Numbered from the stretch's first letter, positions 1 to 11,161 are shown. The stretch is DNA of 32,000 bases from an uncultured Pseudomonadota bacterium (GCA_963802995.1 CAWDKU010000002.1:2772003-2804002); one strand, 5' to 3'. A program made the numbers and translations. Notes: generated by a model from the letters alone, not told the origin.

Positions 1-558
1 GTGAGGGCTGCCCAGGGGGAGGGGGAGCTGTTCCGCTGGACCACCGTGCCGAGCACGGTCGCGCAGATGGACGAGTACGTGCAGACGGCGCTGCGCTGGC
101 GTGCGGCGGGCACCGCGCAGCCCTTTGCCACCGTGCGCAGGAGCGATGCCACCGTGGTGGGCTCGACGCGTTTCTTCCTCATCGAGCACTGGCCCTGGCC
201 CGCGGACGTCGCGGCGGCGCACCCGGGTCCCGATGGCTGCGAGATCGGCTACACCTGGCTGAACTCGGGCGCGGTGCGCACCCCGATCAACACCGAGGCG
301 AAGCTGCTGATGCTGCGCCACGCCTTCGAGGTCTGGGGCATGCAGCGGGTGTGCTTCCACACCGATGCGCGCAACGAGCGCTCGCGCAATGCGCTGCTGC
401 GCATCGGAGCGCGCTTCGAGGGAGTACTGCGGGCCCACCGGCTGTCGGCGGACCTGAGGCCACGCGACTCGGCGCGCTACTCGGTCCTCGCCGGGGAGTG
501 GCCGCTGGTGCGCGAGCGGCTCGAGCGCCGCCTGGCCGCTGCGCCGCAGGTGCCCTAG
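1..558 (+). CDS. GNAT family N-acetyltransferase (RimJ/RimL-like), probably truncated at the 5' window edge
   Basis: The ORF runs from base 1. The translation has GNAT-like motifs (GYTWL..., INTEAKLLMLRHAFE..., RVCFHTDARNERSRNALLRIGARFEGVLR). The usual N-terminal segment seems to be missing. Confidence 0.7.
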   Translation: MRAAQGEGELFRWTTVPSTVAQMDEYVQTALRWRAAGTAQPFATVRRSDATVVGSTRFFLIEHWPWPADVAAAHPGPDGCEIGYTWLNSGAVRTPINTEAKLLMLRHAFEVWGMQRVCFHTDARNERSRNALLRIGARFEGVLRAHRLSADLRPRDSARYSVLAGEWPLVRERLERRLAAAPQVP

Positions 559-627
559 ACGGGGTGCGCCCCACTGCGCACGCCCGTCACCGGAGGCACG
601 ATCCTGTTCGTGCAGCGCGGCTGAGGC

Positions 628-2127
628 CTAATTCCCCGCCTGCCAGATCTTCATCATGTCGGCCGAGCCTTCCTCGCGCACGCCGTTGTCCGTGAGGATC
701 TCCTCGGTGGCCGCGACCAGCTTGGCGCGCGGGAACACCAGCCCCTCGCTGACCAGGCCGTCGAAGTTGATGACCACGTACTCGTCCTTGAGGTCGCGCA
801 GGTAGGCCACGAGCTGCGCCAGGCTCTTCACCGGCACGCCGTTCACCGAGTCCACGATCTGCCCGGTCGGGTTGGAGTAGCCCTTGGAGAGCGCGTGCGG
901 GAACAGCGGGGAGGAGATGATGACGAGCTCGGGGCGTTCGGCCGTGGGCGGGTCCGCCAGGCGTGCCAGCACCGGGCTGAAGCCGCCGCGCTGGCGCGTG
1001 AGCGCCAGCGCCTCGATCGAGGCGCGCGAGAACACCAGCGGCCCGTAGATGAAGTAGGACGGGTACAGGCCCTGCAGACCTTCGACCAGGAGCGGCCGGT
1101 GCGTGGGCACCGGCATCGCCACGTTCATCTTCTTGCCGGCGCGCACCACTGCGAGCGGTACGGTGCCGTTCTGCGCCGTCTTCTGGATCATGTAGAAGAA
1201 GTTCACGCGCAGGTTGTTTGCGAGCTTGACCATGCCCTCATCGTCGATCTCGGTGTCGCCGATGCGGGTGATGACGTCCCACTGCTTGAGCGGGTTGTTA
1301 GGGACGCCCTCATCGGGGCGGCTGACGATCATCCCCTTCACCGTAGGGTCGAGCTTCAGGTAGCCGCGCAGCGCCGGGTTCTCGAGCGTCTGCAGCGTGT
1401 CGTACATGGCCGGCTTGCCGTCGTACTTGCCGTCGGCGATGTCGGCCAGGAACAGGTCGATCTCCTCGTTAGGGATGATGTAGCTGATGTTCTCCGAGCC
1501 CTGCAGGTGGCTGAAGGCCAGGCCGATCATCTTGCCGTCCGCGACCGCCGGGCCCCCGCTGTTGCCGGGGTTGAGGGCCGCGTCGATCTGGATGCGCAGC
1601 CCCGAGGTCAGGTAGTTGTAGGGCACGAACTCGATGCGCGAGACGATGCCGCGGGTGATCGACAGCGACGTGCCCCCGGTCGGGAAGCCGTAGGCATACA
1701 CCGCATCCTTCACCTGCGGCAGGCTCTTGGCGCGCGGCAGTGCCGGGCGGTCGTTGAAGAAGGACTCGTCCTCGAGCTTCAGCACCGCAAGATCGATGCC
1801 CGGCGCGAAGAATTCGACCGTGGCGGGCACCTTGTCACCGGACTGGTTGCCCTGCACCTGCACCTGGCTGGCATAGGCGACCACGTGGGCATTGGTGAGG
1901 ATGCGGTGGCCGGCGATGATGACACCGCTGCCGGTGGCGTCCGCCGGCGCCTGCTTGGCCCAGGGCTTCGCGACATCGGGGCGCCGCATCGTCGAGAACA
2001 CCTTGACCACTGCCGCCTCGGCGGCATGGCTGATGGTCTCCTGGGCGGCGGCGTTGGCGGCCGTCGCGCCGGTGGCGAGGACCAGCAGGACGAGTGACAG
2101 GAGGAGGTGCGGGACTCTGCGTGTCAT
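628..2127 (-). CDS. Secreted trypsin-like (S1C/HtrA-like) serine protease with C-terminal PDZ-like region
   Basis: Catalytic motifs are present: TNAHVV (His), DLAVLKL (Asp), GNSGGP (Ser). The internal Met at 2127 gives the signal peptide MTRRVPHLLLSLVLLVLATGATAANA. The ORF could also start at 2184. Confidence 0.8.
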   Translation of the reverse strand: MTRRVPHLLLSLVLLVLATGATAANAAAQETISHAAEAAVVKVFSTMRRPDVAKPWAKQAPADATGSGVIIAGHRILTNAHVVAYASQVQVQGNQSGDKVPATVEFFAPGIDLAVLKLEDESFFNDRPALPRAKSLPQVKDAVYAYGFPTGGTSLSITRGIVSRIEFVPYNYLTSGLRIQIDAALNPGNSGGPAVADGKMIGLAFSHLQGSENISYIIPNEEIDLFLADIADGKYDGKPAMYDTLQTLENPALRGYLKLDPTVKGMIVSRPDEGVPNNPLKQWDVITRIGDTEIDDEGMVKLANNLRVNFFYMIQKTAQNGTVPLAVVRAGKKMNVAMPVPTHRPLLVEGLQGLYPSYFIYGPLVFSRASIEALALTRQRGGFSPVLARLADPPTAERPELVIISSPLFPHALSKGYSNPTGQIVDSVNGVPVKSLAQLVAYLRDLKDEYVVINFDGLVSEGLVFPRAKLVAATEEILTDNGVREEGSADMMKIWQAGN

Positions 2128-2269
2128 GGGAGCTCGTTTACATTTGGATAGGAAGCCGGGACGAATGCGGAAGGATTCTGACACAGAAACGGCAGCGCTC
2201 CCGTTCCCGCCGCATCTTACTTATCCTCAGGACTGCTAAAGTGCCGCACGGATTTTCACGGAGACACAC

Positions 2270-3037
2270 ATGTTCAAGACATCGATGCTCGCGAGCGGGG
2301 CCGCCCTCGCACTCGCAGCGCTCGGCGCCCAGGGCGCGCAGCCTGCATACATAACGGCAGCGGTCTCCGATGGGGCGCGTCCCGAGGCCGACACCGCGCG
2401 CGATGCGGAGCGCAAGCCCGCCGCCATGCTGGCCTTCGCCGGCGTCAAGCCCGGCGCCAAGGTGGTCGACCTGCTTCCCGGGGGCGGCTACTTCACGCGC
2501 CTGTTCAGCGTCGCCGTGGGGCCGAAGGGGAAGGTGTACGCGCTGGCGCCCGCCAAGCCCGACACGGCGCCTGCGGATGCGCCCGATCGCGCGGCTGCGG
2601 TGAAGGCGATCGCCGCCGATCCGCATTACGCCAACGTCACGGTGGTGGCACAGCCGGCCAAGCAGCTGCTGCAGTTCACCCTGCCCGAGCCCGTCGACGT
2701 GGTCTGGACCTCGCAGAACTACCACGACCTGCACAACATCCCCGACACCAGTGTCGGCGACTTCGACAAGGTGGTGTTCCAGGCGCTGCGGCCGGGCGGC
2801 GTCTACATCGTTCTCGATCACTCGGCCGAGGCCGGCTCGGGTTTCCGTGACACCTCGACGCTGCACCGCATCGATGAGCAGGCGGTGCGCAAGGAAGTCG
2901 AGGCGGCGGGCTTCAAGTTCGAGGGCGCAAGCGAGGTGCTGCGCAACAAGGACGACCCGCGCACCGCCAAGGTGTTCGATGCCTCGGTCCGCGGCCACAC
3001 CGACCAGTTCATCCTGAAATTCCGCAAGCCTAAGTAA
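2270..3037 (+). CDS. Signal-peptide-bearing class I SAM-methyltransferase-fold protein (COG4798-like)
   Basis: N-terminal signal peptide MFKTSMLASGAALALAALGAQGA. Motif-I-like VVDLLPGGGYF. Also YHDLH, GGVYIVLDHSA and HRID motifs. It is a paralogue of the ORF at 3572-4351. Confidence 0.7.
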   Translation: MFKTSMLASGAALALAALGAQGAQPAYITAAVSDGARPEADTARDAERKPAAMLAFAGVKPGAKVVDLLPGGGYFTRLFSVAVGPKGKVYALAPAKPDTAPADAPDRAAAVKAIAADPHYANVTVVAQPAKQLLQFTLPEPVDVVWTSQNYHDLHNIPDTSVGDFDKVVFQALRPGGVYIVLDHSAEAGSGFRDTSTLHRIDEQAVRKEVEAAGFKFEGASEVLRNKDDPRTAKVFDASVRGHTDQFILKFRKPK

Positions 3038-3509
3038 GAAGTTCGCGGGTGCGGGGGTCCTCCGCACCCGCGAAATACCGCTCAAGCGCCGCGCGCCACG
3101 GGCCGTCCGGGTCGGCGTGAGCGAAGAGCGTCATGCAGGAGCGGAACTTCAGGTCGTCGGGGTGCCCGAAGACTTCCTCTGCCGTGCTGTCAGGCAGCGC
3201 CAGCATGCATCGCGTGCATTCGCGCAGGCGCGCACCGAGCAGTGGGTGCGCAAGGTAGGCGCGCGCCTCGGCGAGCGAGCTGATGGCGAAGGCGACAGCC
3301 GTGGGGCTGCTCCCCAGGCCCTTGAGCTGCGGGAAGATGAACCACATCCAGTGCGAGCGCTTTGCGCCCTGGGCGAGCTCAGCGAGTGCCCGGGGGTAGC
3401 ACGTCTCCTGCGCCTTCACGAAGCGCGCCAGCTCGTAGGGATCTTCCACCTGGTGGCCGAAGTGTGAGGGCAACGGCCGCCATTCTACGGCCTGCCGCGC
3501 GAGAGTCAC
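3030..3509 (-). CDS. DUF1810 family protein
   Basis: The translation contains FVKAQ...YPRALAEL..G.KRSHWMWFIFPQLKGLG.S......AISSL.EA.AYL.HP.LG.RL, which I recognise as the DUF1810 signature. GTG start. Its stop overlaps the convergent gene by 8 nt. Confidence 0.7.
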   Translation of the reverse strand: MTLARQAVEWRPLPSHFGHQVEDPYELARFVKAQETCYPRALAELAQGAKRSHWMWFIFPQLKGLGSSPTAVAFAISSLAEARAYLAHPLLGARLRECTRCMLALPDSTAEEVFGHPDDLKFRSCMTLFAHADPDGPWRAALERYFAGAEDPRTRELLT

Positions 3510-3571
3510 CGCGCCGCGCGCGATGAGCAGCTGGTGCGGCCGCGCCCGCGCCGCCGGTCAGGGCCGTTTCT

Positions 3572-4351
3572 TCAGTCGACCTTGCGAAACACCAGCACGA
3601 ATCGGTCGGTCTTGCCCACCATCGGTCCCTTGTAAGTGATCTGGTCGCGCGCGTCGTCCGGCTGGCGCAGGGCGTCGCTCTTGCCGATGAGCTTGAAGCC
3701 GTACTTCTGGAACTGTGCCACCGTGTAGGCCTCATCGATGCGGTGCAGGTCGCCGGCTGCAGAGCTGCCGGTGCCAGGCTTGGCCGAGTGGTCCTCGACC
3801 ACCAGGATGCCGCCGGTCTTCATGACGCGCGTCACCTCGCGCAGCACGCGATCGACGTTGAACTTCGGCCAGTGATCCTTCGGGTCATCATCGACCCAGT
3901 AAAGGTCGTGGTAGACCTTGATCATGAGCATCGCGTCGAGCGACCGGGTCGGCAGGTTGAGGCGCTCAAAGTCGACGGTGCGATGCTCGACATTGGGCAG
4001 CCGCCCATCATCGATACGCTCCTTCCAGTGACCCTCGCTCCAGTCGTCGTAGGCGACGTTGTTGAGCAGGTAGACGTGCCCGCGCGGGCCGACGACATAG
4101 CTAAGCAGTTCGCTGTAGTAGCCGTTGGCGCCCATGAAGTCCCCGACCTTCCACCCCGGGCCGATGCCCGAGAGACGCAGGATCTGCGCCGGCTGATCGC
4201 GCGCATCGCGCTTCAGGTCCTTCTCCGAGCGGCCCTTATGGGCCACGGCGTCGTCGTAGATGTCCGCCCACAGGCTGCCGCTCGCGAGGCAGGCCAGGCT
4301 GAGGAACGCTGCGAGCAGCGGCAGGCGGCGTGCGCGATGTAGGGCGGTCAT
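3572..4351 (-). CDS. Signal-peptide-bearing class I SAM-methyltransferase-fold protein (COG4798-like), paralogue of 2270-3037
   Basis: Signal peptide MTALHRARRLPLLAAFLSLACLASGSLWA. Shares VGPRGHVY, YHDLYW, GGILVVEDHSA, LHRIDE and DRFVLVFRK with the other copy. GAGGAG Shine-Dalgarno upstream. Confidence 0.7.
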   Translation of the reverse strand: MTALHRARRLPLLAAFLSLACLASGSLWADIYDDAVAHKGRSEKDLKRDARDQPAQILRLSGIGPGWKVGDFMGANGYYSELLSYVVGPRGHVYLLNNVAYDDWSEGHWKERIDDGRLPNVEHRTVDFERLNLPTRSLDAMLMIKVYHDLYWVDDDPKDHWPKFNVDRVLREVTRVMKTGGILVVEDHSAKPGTGSSAAGDLHRIDEAYTVAQFQKYGFKLIGKSDALRQPDDARDQITYKGPMVGKTDRFVLVFRKVD

Positions 4352-4456
4352 GGGCGCTGACTCCTCGGTCGGTTTGTTGAGCCGCGATTATGGCGGGAGC
4401 GCTGCGGCCGCCACCCGCGCTATGCGACAGAGCGAGCGCTGCGAGCGGTCAGGCAG

Positions 4457-4909
4457 TCACAGCGGCTTGTCGAGGAGCTGGTAACCGGCGCGGCCGCCGT
4501 AGCCGCGGCGCTCGTAGAAGCTGCGCGCCGCGGCGTTTGCGACCCCGAGCTGCAGCTGCAGGCGCACGCAGCCGCGCTGTCGCAGCGCCTGCTCCGCGGC
4601 GGCGAGCAACCGCCCGCCCACGCCCTGGGCGCGCGCCGCGGGCAGCACGAAGAATTCGTCGATCTCGGCCATGAGTCCGCCGTGCTCGAGGCTGAAGACG
4701 TGCACCAGGGCGAGATAGCCGCAGAGCTGCGCGCCGTTCACGGCCACGAAGATCTCGCCGAGCCCGGGGGATCCCACGAGCCGCTGCAGCAGCAGCTCCA
4801 CGCGCAGGGCGTCAAAGCCCGCGATGCCCTCGAATTCCCAGTAGCGGCGCACCAGTGACAGCAGCGGCGGCACGTCGCTCGCCACCGCGGTGCGGATGAT
4901 CATGGCCAA
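4457..4909 (-). CDS. GNAT family N-acetyltransferase
   Basis: 150 aa with the acetyl-CoA-binding motif (ARAQGVGGRLLAAAEQ) and a C-terminal FYERRGY. It begins 4 nt after the stop of the upstream diguanylate cyclase gene. Confidence 0.8.
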   Translation of the reverse strand: MAMIIRTAVASDVPPLLSLVRRYWEFEGIAGFDALRVELLLQRLVGSPGLGEIFVAVNGAQLCGYLALVHVFSLEHGGLMAEIDEFFVLPAARAQGVGGRLLAAAEQALRQRGCVRLQLQLGVANAAARSFYERRGYGGRAGYQLLDKPL

Positions 4910-4913
4910 GCCC

Positions 4914-6650
4914 TCAGGCCGCGAGCGAGGCGGCGACCTGGACCTGGTTGCGCCCGGAGCGCTTGGCGGCGTACACGGCAGTGTCGGCGTGCGCGATCAG
5001 GTGCTGTCCCCACACCTCGAGCGTGTCGGAAGCGGCCACACCGATGCTGCAGGTGAGCCGCACCGCGGCCCCGAAGCCCTCGATGCGGATGTCCGACACC
5101 CGGCGGCAGATGCGCTCGGCGATCGGGTAGGCGGCCGCCGCATCGGCGCCGTAGAGGATGACCACGAACTCCTCGCCACCGTAGCGGCCGATGACGTCCG
5201 ACTGGCGCAGCTCCGCCTGGATCGGCGGGATGATGCCGGCGAGGCAGGCATCTCCGGCCGCGTGCCCGAAGGTGTCGTTGATCTGCTTGAAATGGTCCAG
5301 GTCCAGGAACAGCACCGAGATCGGCAGGCCCCGCGCCCGGGCGCGCACGCAGGCTGCATCGAGCCGCTCGATGAGCGAGCGGCGGTTGAGCACCCCGGTC
5401 AGCGGGTCGGTCTGCGCGCGCCGCTCGGCATCGGTCAGGGCGAGGGACTGCTGGCGTACGTGATCGGAGACGCCGAGCGCGATCAGGACCGCAGCGGCCA
5501 CCATCGAGGGCGCCAGCCCGTAGTACACCAGGCCCTCCGCGCTGTCGGCGCGCGTGTAGAGCAGCCTTAGCGCCGTCAGGATCTGGAAGATGCACAGGAG
5601 GCTCCAGGCGATCAGGAACCACCCCGCCGCGCGGTTGCCGCCGCGCCGCCAGGCGAGGAAGGCGACCACCATCGTGAAGATCGCCGAGCCCACGAACATG
5701 AGGTCGCCGGCGCGGGCGACGATCATCCCGAAGCCGAAGGCGCGCAGGCCGTTGGAGAGTGTCAGTACCCCGAAGGCGATCGCCAGCCAGCCGAAGATCC
5801 GGTAGATGCGGGGCGAGAAGACCTTGAGGTTGGCGAACTCGCGCACGAACAGCGCCGCGGCGGCGGCACTGACGGCCACCGGCACGTTGTAGGCGTAGTT
5901 GGCGAAGGGCCGCGCCCAGCTCAGGAGCGGCCAGCTGAAGCCCTGGCCGGAGAAGTAGGCCAGATAAATTGCCTGTAGCAGGAACACCGCCCCGTACAGG
6001 GGGTAGATCTGGTCCTTCAGGACCAGGCGGATCAGCAGGGCGGAGATGGCCATGGCCATGAGGGCGCCGAAGGCGAGGGCGATCGCCCGGGCGTGGGCGG
6101 CCGCCCCGTCGAGCACGTACTTGAGGGTCGAGGACGAGAAGTGCAGGTCCGTGACCGCCCGGCCACTGCGGGTGACCCGGGCGTAGAGGGGCTGTCCCGG
6201 GTCGAGACTGGAGGGCAGGGCGAATACCTTGTCCTCGGCGCCACCGAACTTCGGCACCACGCTGGTTATCCCGAGGGGCACGAGGACGCCGCCCTGGCGA
6301 CCCCACACTTCTACCGCCTGGTCCATTCCGGAGCGCGCCACCAGCACCGGCGTGCCTCCGGGGGTCGCGGTATCGGGGGGGCTAATCCGGAACCACCTGA
6401 TTCCATTAAGGAAATGGGAACCCAGACTGGCGAAGGGACCGAAGTGGTCCTCCAGCGCCCCTGCGGCCACGGCGTCGGGCCCCGGAGCCGGGACCTGCGA
6501 GTCGAGGATCCGGGTCTCCAGCGGTACCTGGCCGGTTGGGGCGGTTTCCGGGGCGGCAGAAGTCCCTTGCGGCGCTGCAGCCAGGACCCCATATAAAGGA
6601 ATCGCGGCAGCCAGGCTCAGGAGCCAGCTCGCCAGGAGCGGTTTACGCAC
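4914..6650 (-). CDS. Membrane diguanylate cyclase: signal peptide + periplasmic domain + ~7 TM helices (7TMR-DISM-like) + GGDEF domain
   Basis: The C-terminal GGDEF domain has an active-site GGEEF. An RxxD I-site (RQSD) lies 5 residues upstream of it. The central region has multiple hydrophobic helices. GTG start with an AGGGA Shine-Dalgarno. Confidence 0.85.
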   Translation of the reverse strand: MRKPLLASWLLSLAAAIPLYGVLAAAPQGTSAAPETAPTGQVPLETRILDSQVPAPGPDAVAAGALEDHFGPFASLGSHFLNGIRWFRISPPDTATPGGTPVLVARSGMDQAVEVWGRQGGVLVPLGITSVVPKFGGAEDKVFALPSSLDPGQPLYARVTRSGRAVTDLHFSSSTLKYVLDGAAAHARAIALAFGALMAMAISALLIRLVLKDQIYPLYGAVFLLQAIYLAYFSGQGFSWPLLSWARPFANYAYNVPVAVSAAAAALFVREFANLKVFSPRIYRIFGWLAIAFGVLTLSNGLRAFGFGMIVARAGDLMFVGSAIFTMVVAFLAWRRGGNRAAGWFLIAWSLLCIFQILTALRLLYTRADSAEGLVYYGLAPSMVAAAVLIALGVSDHVRQQSLALTDAERRAQTDPLTGVLNRRSLIERLDAACVRARARGLPISVLFLDLDHFKQINDTFGHAAGDACLAGIIPPIQAELRQSDVIGRYGGEEFVVILYGADAAAAYPIAERICRRVSDIRIEGFGAAVRLTCSIGVAASDTLEVWGQHLIAHADTAVYAAKRSGRNQVQVAASLAA

Positions 6651-6769
6651 TTAGTCCCTGTGGCCCCATGCGAGGCTGAATTCGTTTGGTTCTTGCCGCG
6701 GGCTGGCTGCGTCTTGAGGCGCCTGCACCCGCCGGGCTCATTATCCTATAAAAGGGATTTTGCTGCCGG

Positions 6770-6798
6770 TTGACACTCACTAGGGCCGTACCTAGAAT
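6770..6798 (+). promoter_or_regulatory. Near-consensus sigma70 promoter of the str operon
   Basis: TTGACA (6770-6775), a 17-nt spacer, then TAGAAT (6793-6798). An AT-rich UP-like stretch lies at 6741-6763 (ttatcctataaaagggattttgc). A GC-rich discriminator (cgccggcc) follows the -10. Confidence 0.7.
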
Positions 6799-6846
6799 CG
6801 CCGGCCTTTGTCGGGCCGGCCCTTCTTAATCGCCGGCACCGGAAAC

Positions 6847-6907
6847 AGCGACTTCCAGATGACCGGGCCGCCTCACGCAGGCGGCCCGGTGGTCTTCGGA
6901 AGTCGCT
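6847..6907 (+). promoter_or_regulatory. Long two-tier GC-rich hairpin in the rpsL 5' leader
   Basis: The outer stem pairs agcgacttcc with ggaagtcgct (10 bp). The inner stem pairs accgggccgcc with ggcggcccggt (11 bp) around the 7-nt loop tcacgca. The hairpin is followed by ttta. It lies about 50 nt upstream of the rpsL ATG. Confidence 0.55.
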
Positions 6908-6959
6908 TTATCGCGCGAGTCCCAAAAACTCCCGCAGCGCTTTGGAGAGTAAGACAACG

Positions 6960-7334
6960 ATGGCGACCACGGGTCAGCTCATCCGGCAGCCACGCCGGAC
7001 GAAGGCAGAGAAAACCAAGGTACCGGCGCTCGGGGCTTCTCCCCAGAAGCGCGGCGTATGCACGCGCGTGTACACCACGACGCCCAAGAAGCCGAACTCG
7101 GCACTGCGTAAGGTGTGCCGCGTGCGGCTCACCAACGGCTACGAGGTGACGAGCTACATCGGCGGCGAAGGCCACAACCTGCAGGAGCACTCGGTGGTGC
7201 TCATTCGCGGCGGCCGCGTCAAGGACCTGCCCGGCGTGCGCTACCACACGGTGCGCGGCACGCTCGACTGTGCCGGCGTCGCCGAGCGCAAGCAGAGCCG
7301 TTCCAAGTACGGCGCCAAGCGCCCGAAGAAGTAA
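6960..7334 (+). CDS. rpsL: 30S ribosomal protein S12
   Basis: The translation [13 protein letters not shown]...[29 protein letters not shown]...[14 protein letters not shown] is near-identical to E. coli S12. The start is trimmed to the internal ATG at 6960. Confidence 0.97.
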   Translation: MATTGQLIRQPRRTKAEKTKVPALGASPQKRGVCTRVYTTTPKKPNSALRKVCRVRLTNGYEVTSYIGGEGHNLQEHSVVLIRGGRVKDLPGVRYHTVRGTLDCAGVAERKQSRSKYGAKRPKK

Positions 7335-7345
7335 GGGGTATCTAA

Positions 7346-7828
<483 letters not shown>

Positions 7829-7847
7829 GCGAAAGGGTATCTGAACT

Positions 7848-9935
7848 GTGGCCCGTGCGACGCCCATCGAGCGTTATCGGAACATCGGCATCTCTGCCCA
7901 CATTGACGCGGGCAAGACGACGACGACCGAGCGCATCCTTTTCTACACGGGCGTTTCGCACAAGATCGGTGAGGTCCACGACGGCGCGGCCGTGATGGAC
8001 TACATGGAGCAGGAGCAGGAGCGCGGCATCACCATTACCGCCGCTGCGACCACCTGCTTCTGGAAGGGCATGGACCAGTCCTTCCCCGAGCACCGCATCA
8101 ACATCCTCGACACCCCGGGGCACGTCGACTTCACCATCGAGGTGGAGCGTTCGCTGCGCGTGCTCGATTCCGCCGTGGCGCTGTTCTGCGCGGTCTCCGG
8201 CGTGCAGCCGCAGTCCGAGACGGTATGGCGGCAGATGAACAAGTACCGCGTGCCGCGCATTGCGTTCGTCAACAAGATGGACCGTGCCGGTGCCAACTTC
8301 TTCCGCTGCGTCGACCAGATCAGGTCGCGCCTGCGTGCCAACCCGGTGGTCATCCAGATCCCGATCGGCGCCGAGGACAATTTCGAGGGGGTCATCGACC
8401 TCATCCGCATGAAGGCCATCTACTGGGACATGGAAACCCAGGGGATGAAGTTCGAGTACCGCGAGATCCCCGCGAACCTGCAGGCGCAGGCCGAGGAATA
8501 CCGCACCAAGATGATCGAGTCGGCGGCCGAGGCCAACGACGAGCTGATGCGCAAGTACCTCGAGGGCGAGGAGCTCTCCGAGAAGGAGATCCGCGAGGGC
8601 CTGCGCGCGCGCTCGATCAGGAACGAGATCGTGCTGTGCATGTGCGGCACTGCCTTCAAGAACAAGGGTGTGCAGGCGCTGCTCGATGCGATCATCGAGT
8701 TCATGCCGAGCCCGATCGAGATGCCCGACGTCAAGGGGCTGAACGACCGTGGCCAGCCCGACACCCGCAAGGCGAGTGACGCTGCGCCGTTTTCAGCGCT
8801 CGCGTTCAAGATCCTCAATGACCCGTTCGTCGGCAACCTCACCTTCTTCCGCGTCTATTCGGGCGTCCTCAACTCGGGCGATACCGTGTACGTGCCGACC
8901 AAGGGCAAGAAGGAGCGCATCGGGCGCCTGCTGCAGATGCACGCCTCCGAGCGCACCGAGATCAAGGAAGTGCGCGCCGGCGACATCGCCGCGGCGGTGG
9001 GACTGAAGGACGTCATCACCGGCGACACGCTGTGCGACCTCGAGAAGGTCATCACGCTGGAGAAGATGGAATTCCCGGCCCCGGTGATCTCCGTCGCCGT
9101 GGAGCCCAAGACCAAGGCCGACCAGGAGAAGATGGGACTCGCGCTGCAGCGCCTGGCAAAGGAGGACCCCTCCTTCCGCGTGCACACGGACCCGGAGTCC
9201 TCGCAGACCATCATCTCCGGCATGGGCGAGCTGCACCTGGAGATCATCGTTGACCGCATGAAGCGCGAGTTCAGCGTCGATGCCAACGTCGGCAAGCCCC
9301 AGGTCGCCTACCGCGAGACGATCCGCGCCAAGGTCGAGAGCGAAGGCAAGTTCGTGCGCCAGTCCGGCGGCCGCGGCCAGTACGGCCATGTGTGGCTGAA
9401 GATCGAGCCGAACGAGCAGGGCAAGGGCTACGAGTTCATCAACGGGATCGTCGGTGGCGCCGTGCCGCGCGAGTACATCCCGGCCGTGGACAAGGGCATC
9501 AAGGAAGCGGTCGACACGGGTGTCATCGCCGGCTATCCGGTGGTGGACGTGAAGGTCACCGTGTTCGACGGCTCCTACCACGACGTCGACTCGAACGAGA
9601 TGGCCTTCAAGATCGCAGGCTCGATGGGCTTCAAGGAAGGTTTCAGGCGCGCGAAGCCCGTGCTGCTGGAACCCATCATGAAGGTCGAGGTCGTAACCCC
9701 GGAGGAATACTCCGGCGACGTGATCGGTGACCTCAACCGCCGGCGCGGGCAGATCACCGGCATGGACGAGACGCCCTCGGGCAAGGCCATTGCCGCGGAC
9801 GTGCCGCTGTCGGAGATGTTCGGCTACGCCACGACCGTGCGCTCCATGAGCCAGGGTCGCGCCACGTTCACGATGGAATTCGCGAAGTATATGGAAGTGC
9901 CGCCGAATATCGCCGACGGCATCATCAAGAAGTAA
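7848..9935 (+). CDS. fusA: Elongation factor G
   Basis: GTG start. G-domain motifs [17 protein letters not shown] and NKMD are present. 695 aa. Confidence 0.97.
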   Translation: MARATPIERYRNIGISAHIDAGKTTTTERILFYTGVSHKIGEVHDGAAVMDYMEQEQERGITITAAATTCFWKGMDQSFPEHRINILDTPGHVDFTIEVERSLRVLDSAVALFCAVSGVQPQSETVWRQMNKYRVPRIAFVNKMDRAGANFFRCVDQIRSRLRANPVVIQIPIGAEDNFEGVIDLIRMKAIYWDMETQGMKFEYREIPANLQAQAEEYRTKMIESAAEANDELMRKYLEGEELSEKEIREGLRARSIRNEIVLCMCGTAFKNKGVQALLDAIIEFMPSPIEMPDVKGLNDRGQPDTRKASDAAPFSALAFKILNDPFVGNLTFFRVYSGVLNSGDTVYVPTKGKKERIGRLLQMHASERTEIKEVRAGDIAAAVGLKDVITGDTLCDLEKVITLEKMEFPAPVISVAVEPKTKADQEKMGLALQRLAKEDPSFRVHTDPESSQTIISGMGELHLEIIVDRMKREFSVDANVGKPQVAYRETIRAKVESEGKFVRQSGGRGQYGHVWLKIEPNEQGKGYEFINGIVGGAVPREYIPAVDKGIKEAVDTGVIAGYPVVDVKVTVFDGSYHDVDSNEMAFKIAGSMGFKEGFRRAKPVLLEPIMKVEVVTPEEYSGDVIGDLNRRRGQITGMDETPSGKAIAADVPLSEMFGYATTVRSMSQGRATFTMEFAKYMEVPPNIADGIIKK

Positions 9936-9970
9936 CTGGTAAGCAAAGTTAAGAGCCGAGGAAGTACGCC

Positions 9971-11161
<1,191 letters not shown>

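Noticed and set aside
895-2097. 400-aa plus-strand ORF antisense to the S1 protease gene, and likewise the 468-aa alternative frame 4900-6306 inside the diguanylate cyclase gene
   Set aside because: The overlapped genes have clear catalytic motifs (His/Asp/Ser triad; GGEEF). The alternative frames are Arg/Pro/Gly-rich low-complexity translations typical of off-frame GC-rich DNA.
6800-6820. 7-bp hairpin (arms gccggcc and ggccggc) immediately after the rpsL -10 box
   Set aside because: The predicted TSS (about 6804-6806) falls inside the left arm, so this hairpin probably cannot form in the transcript. The alternative pairing of 6815-6820 with 6832-6837 is noted in the leader finding instead.
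6808-7149. 113-aa plus-strand ORF covering the rpsL leader and the 5' part of rpsL in another frame
   Set aside because: It overlaps the unmistakable S12 reading frame, its translation is Arg/Pro-rich, and it begins inside the structured leader.
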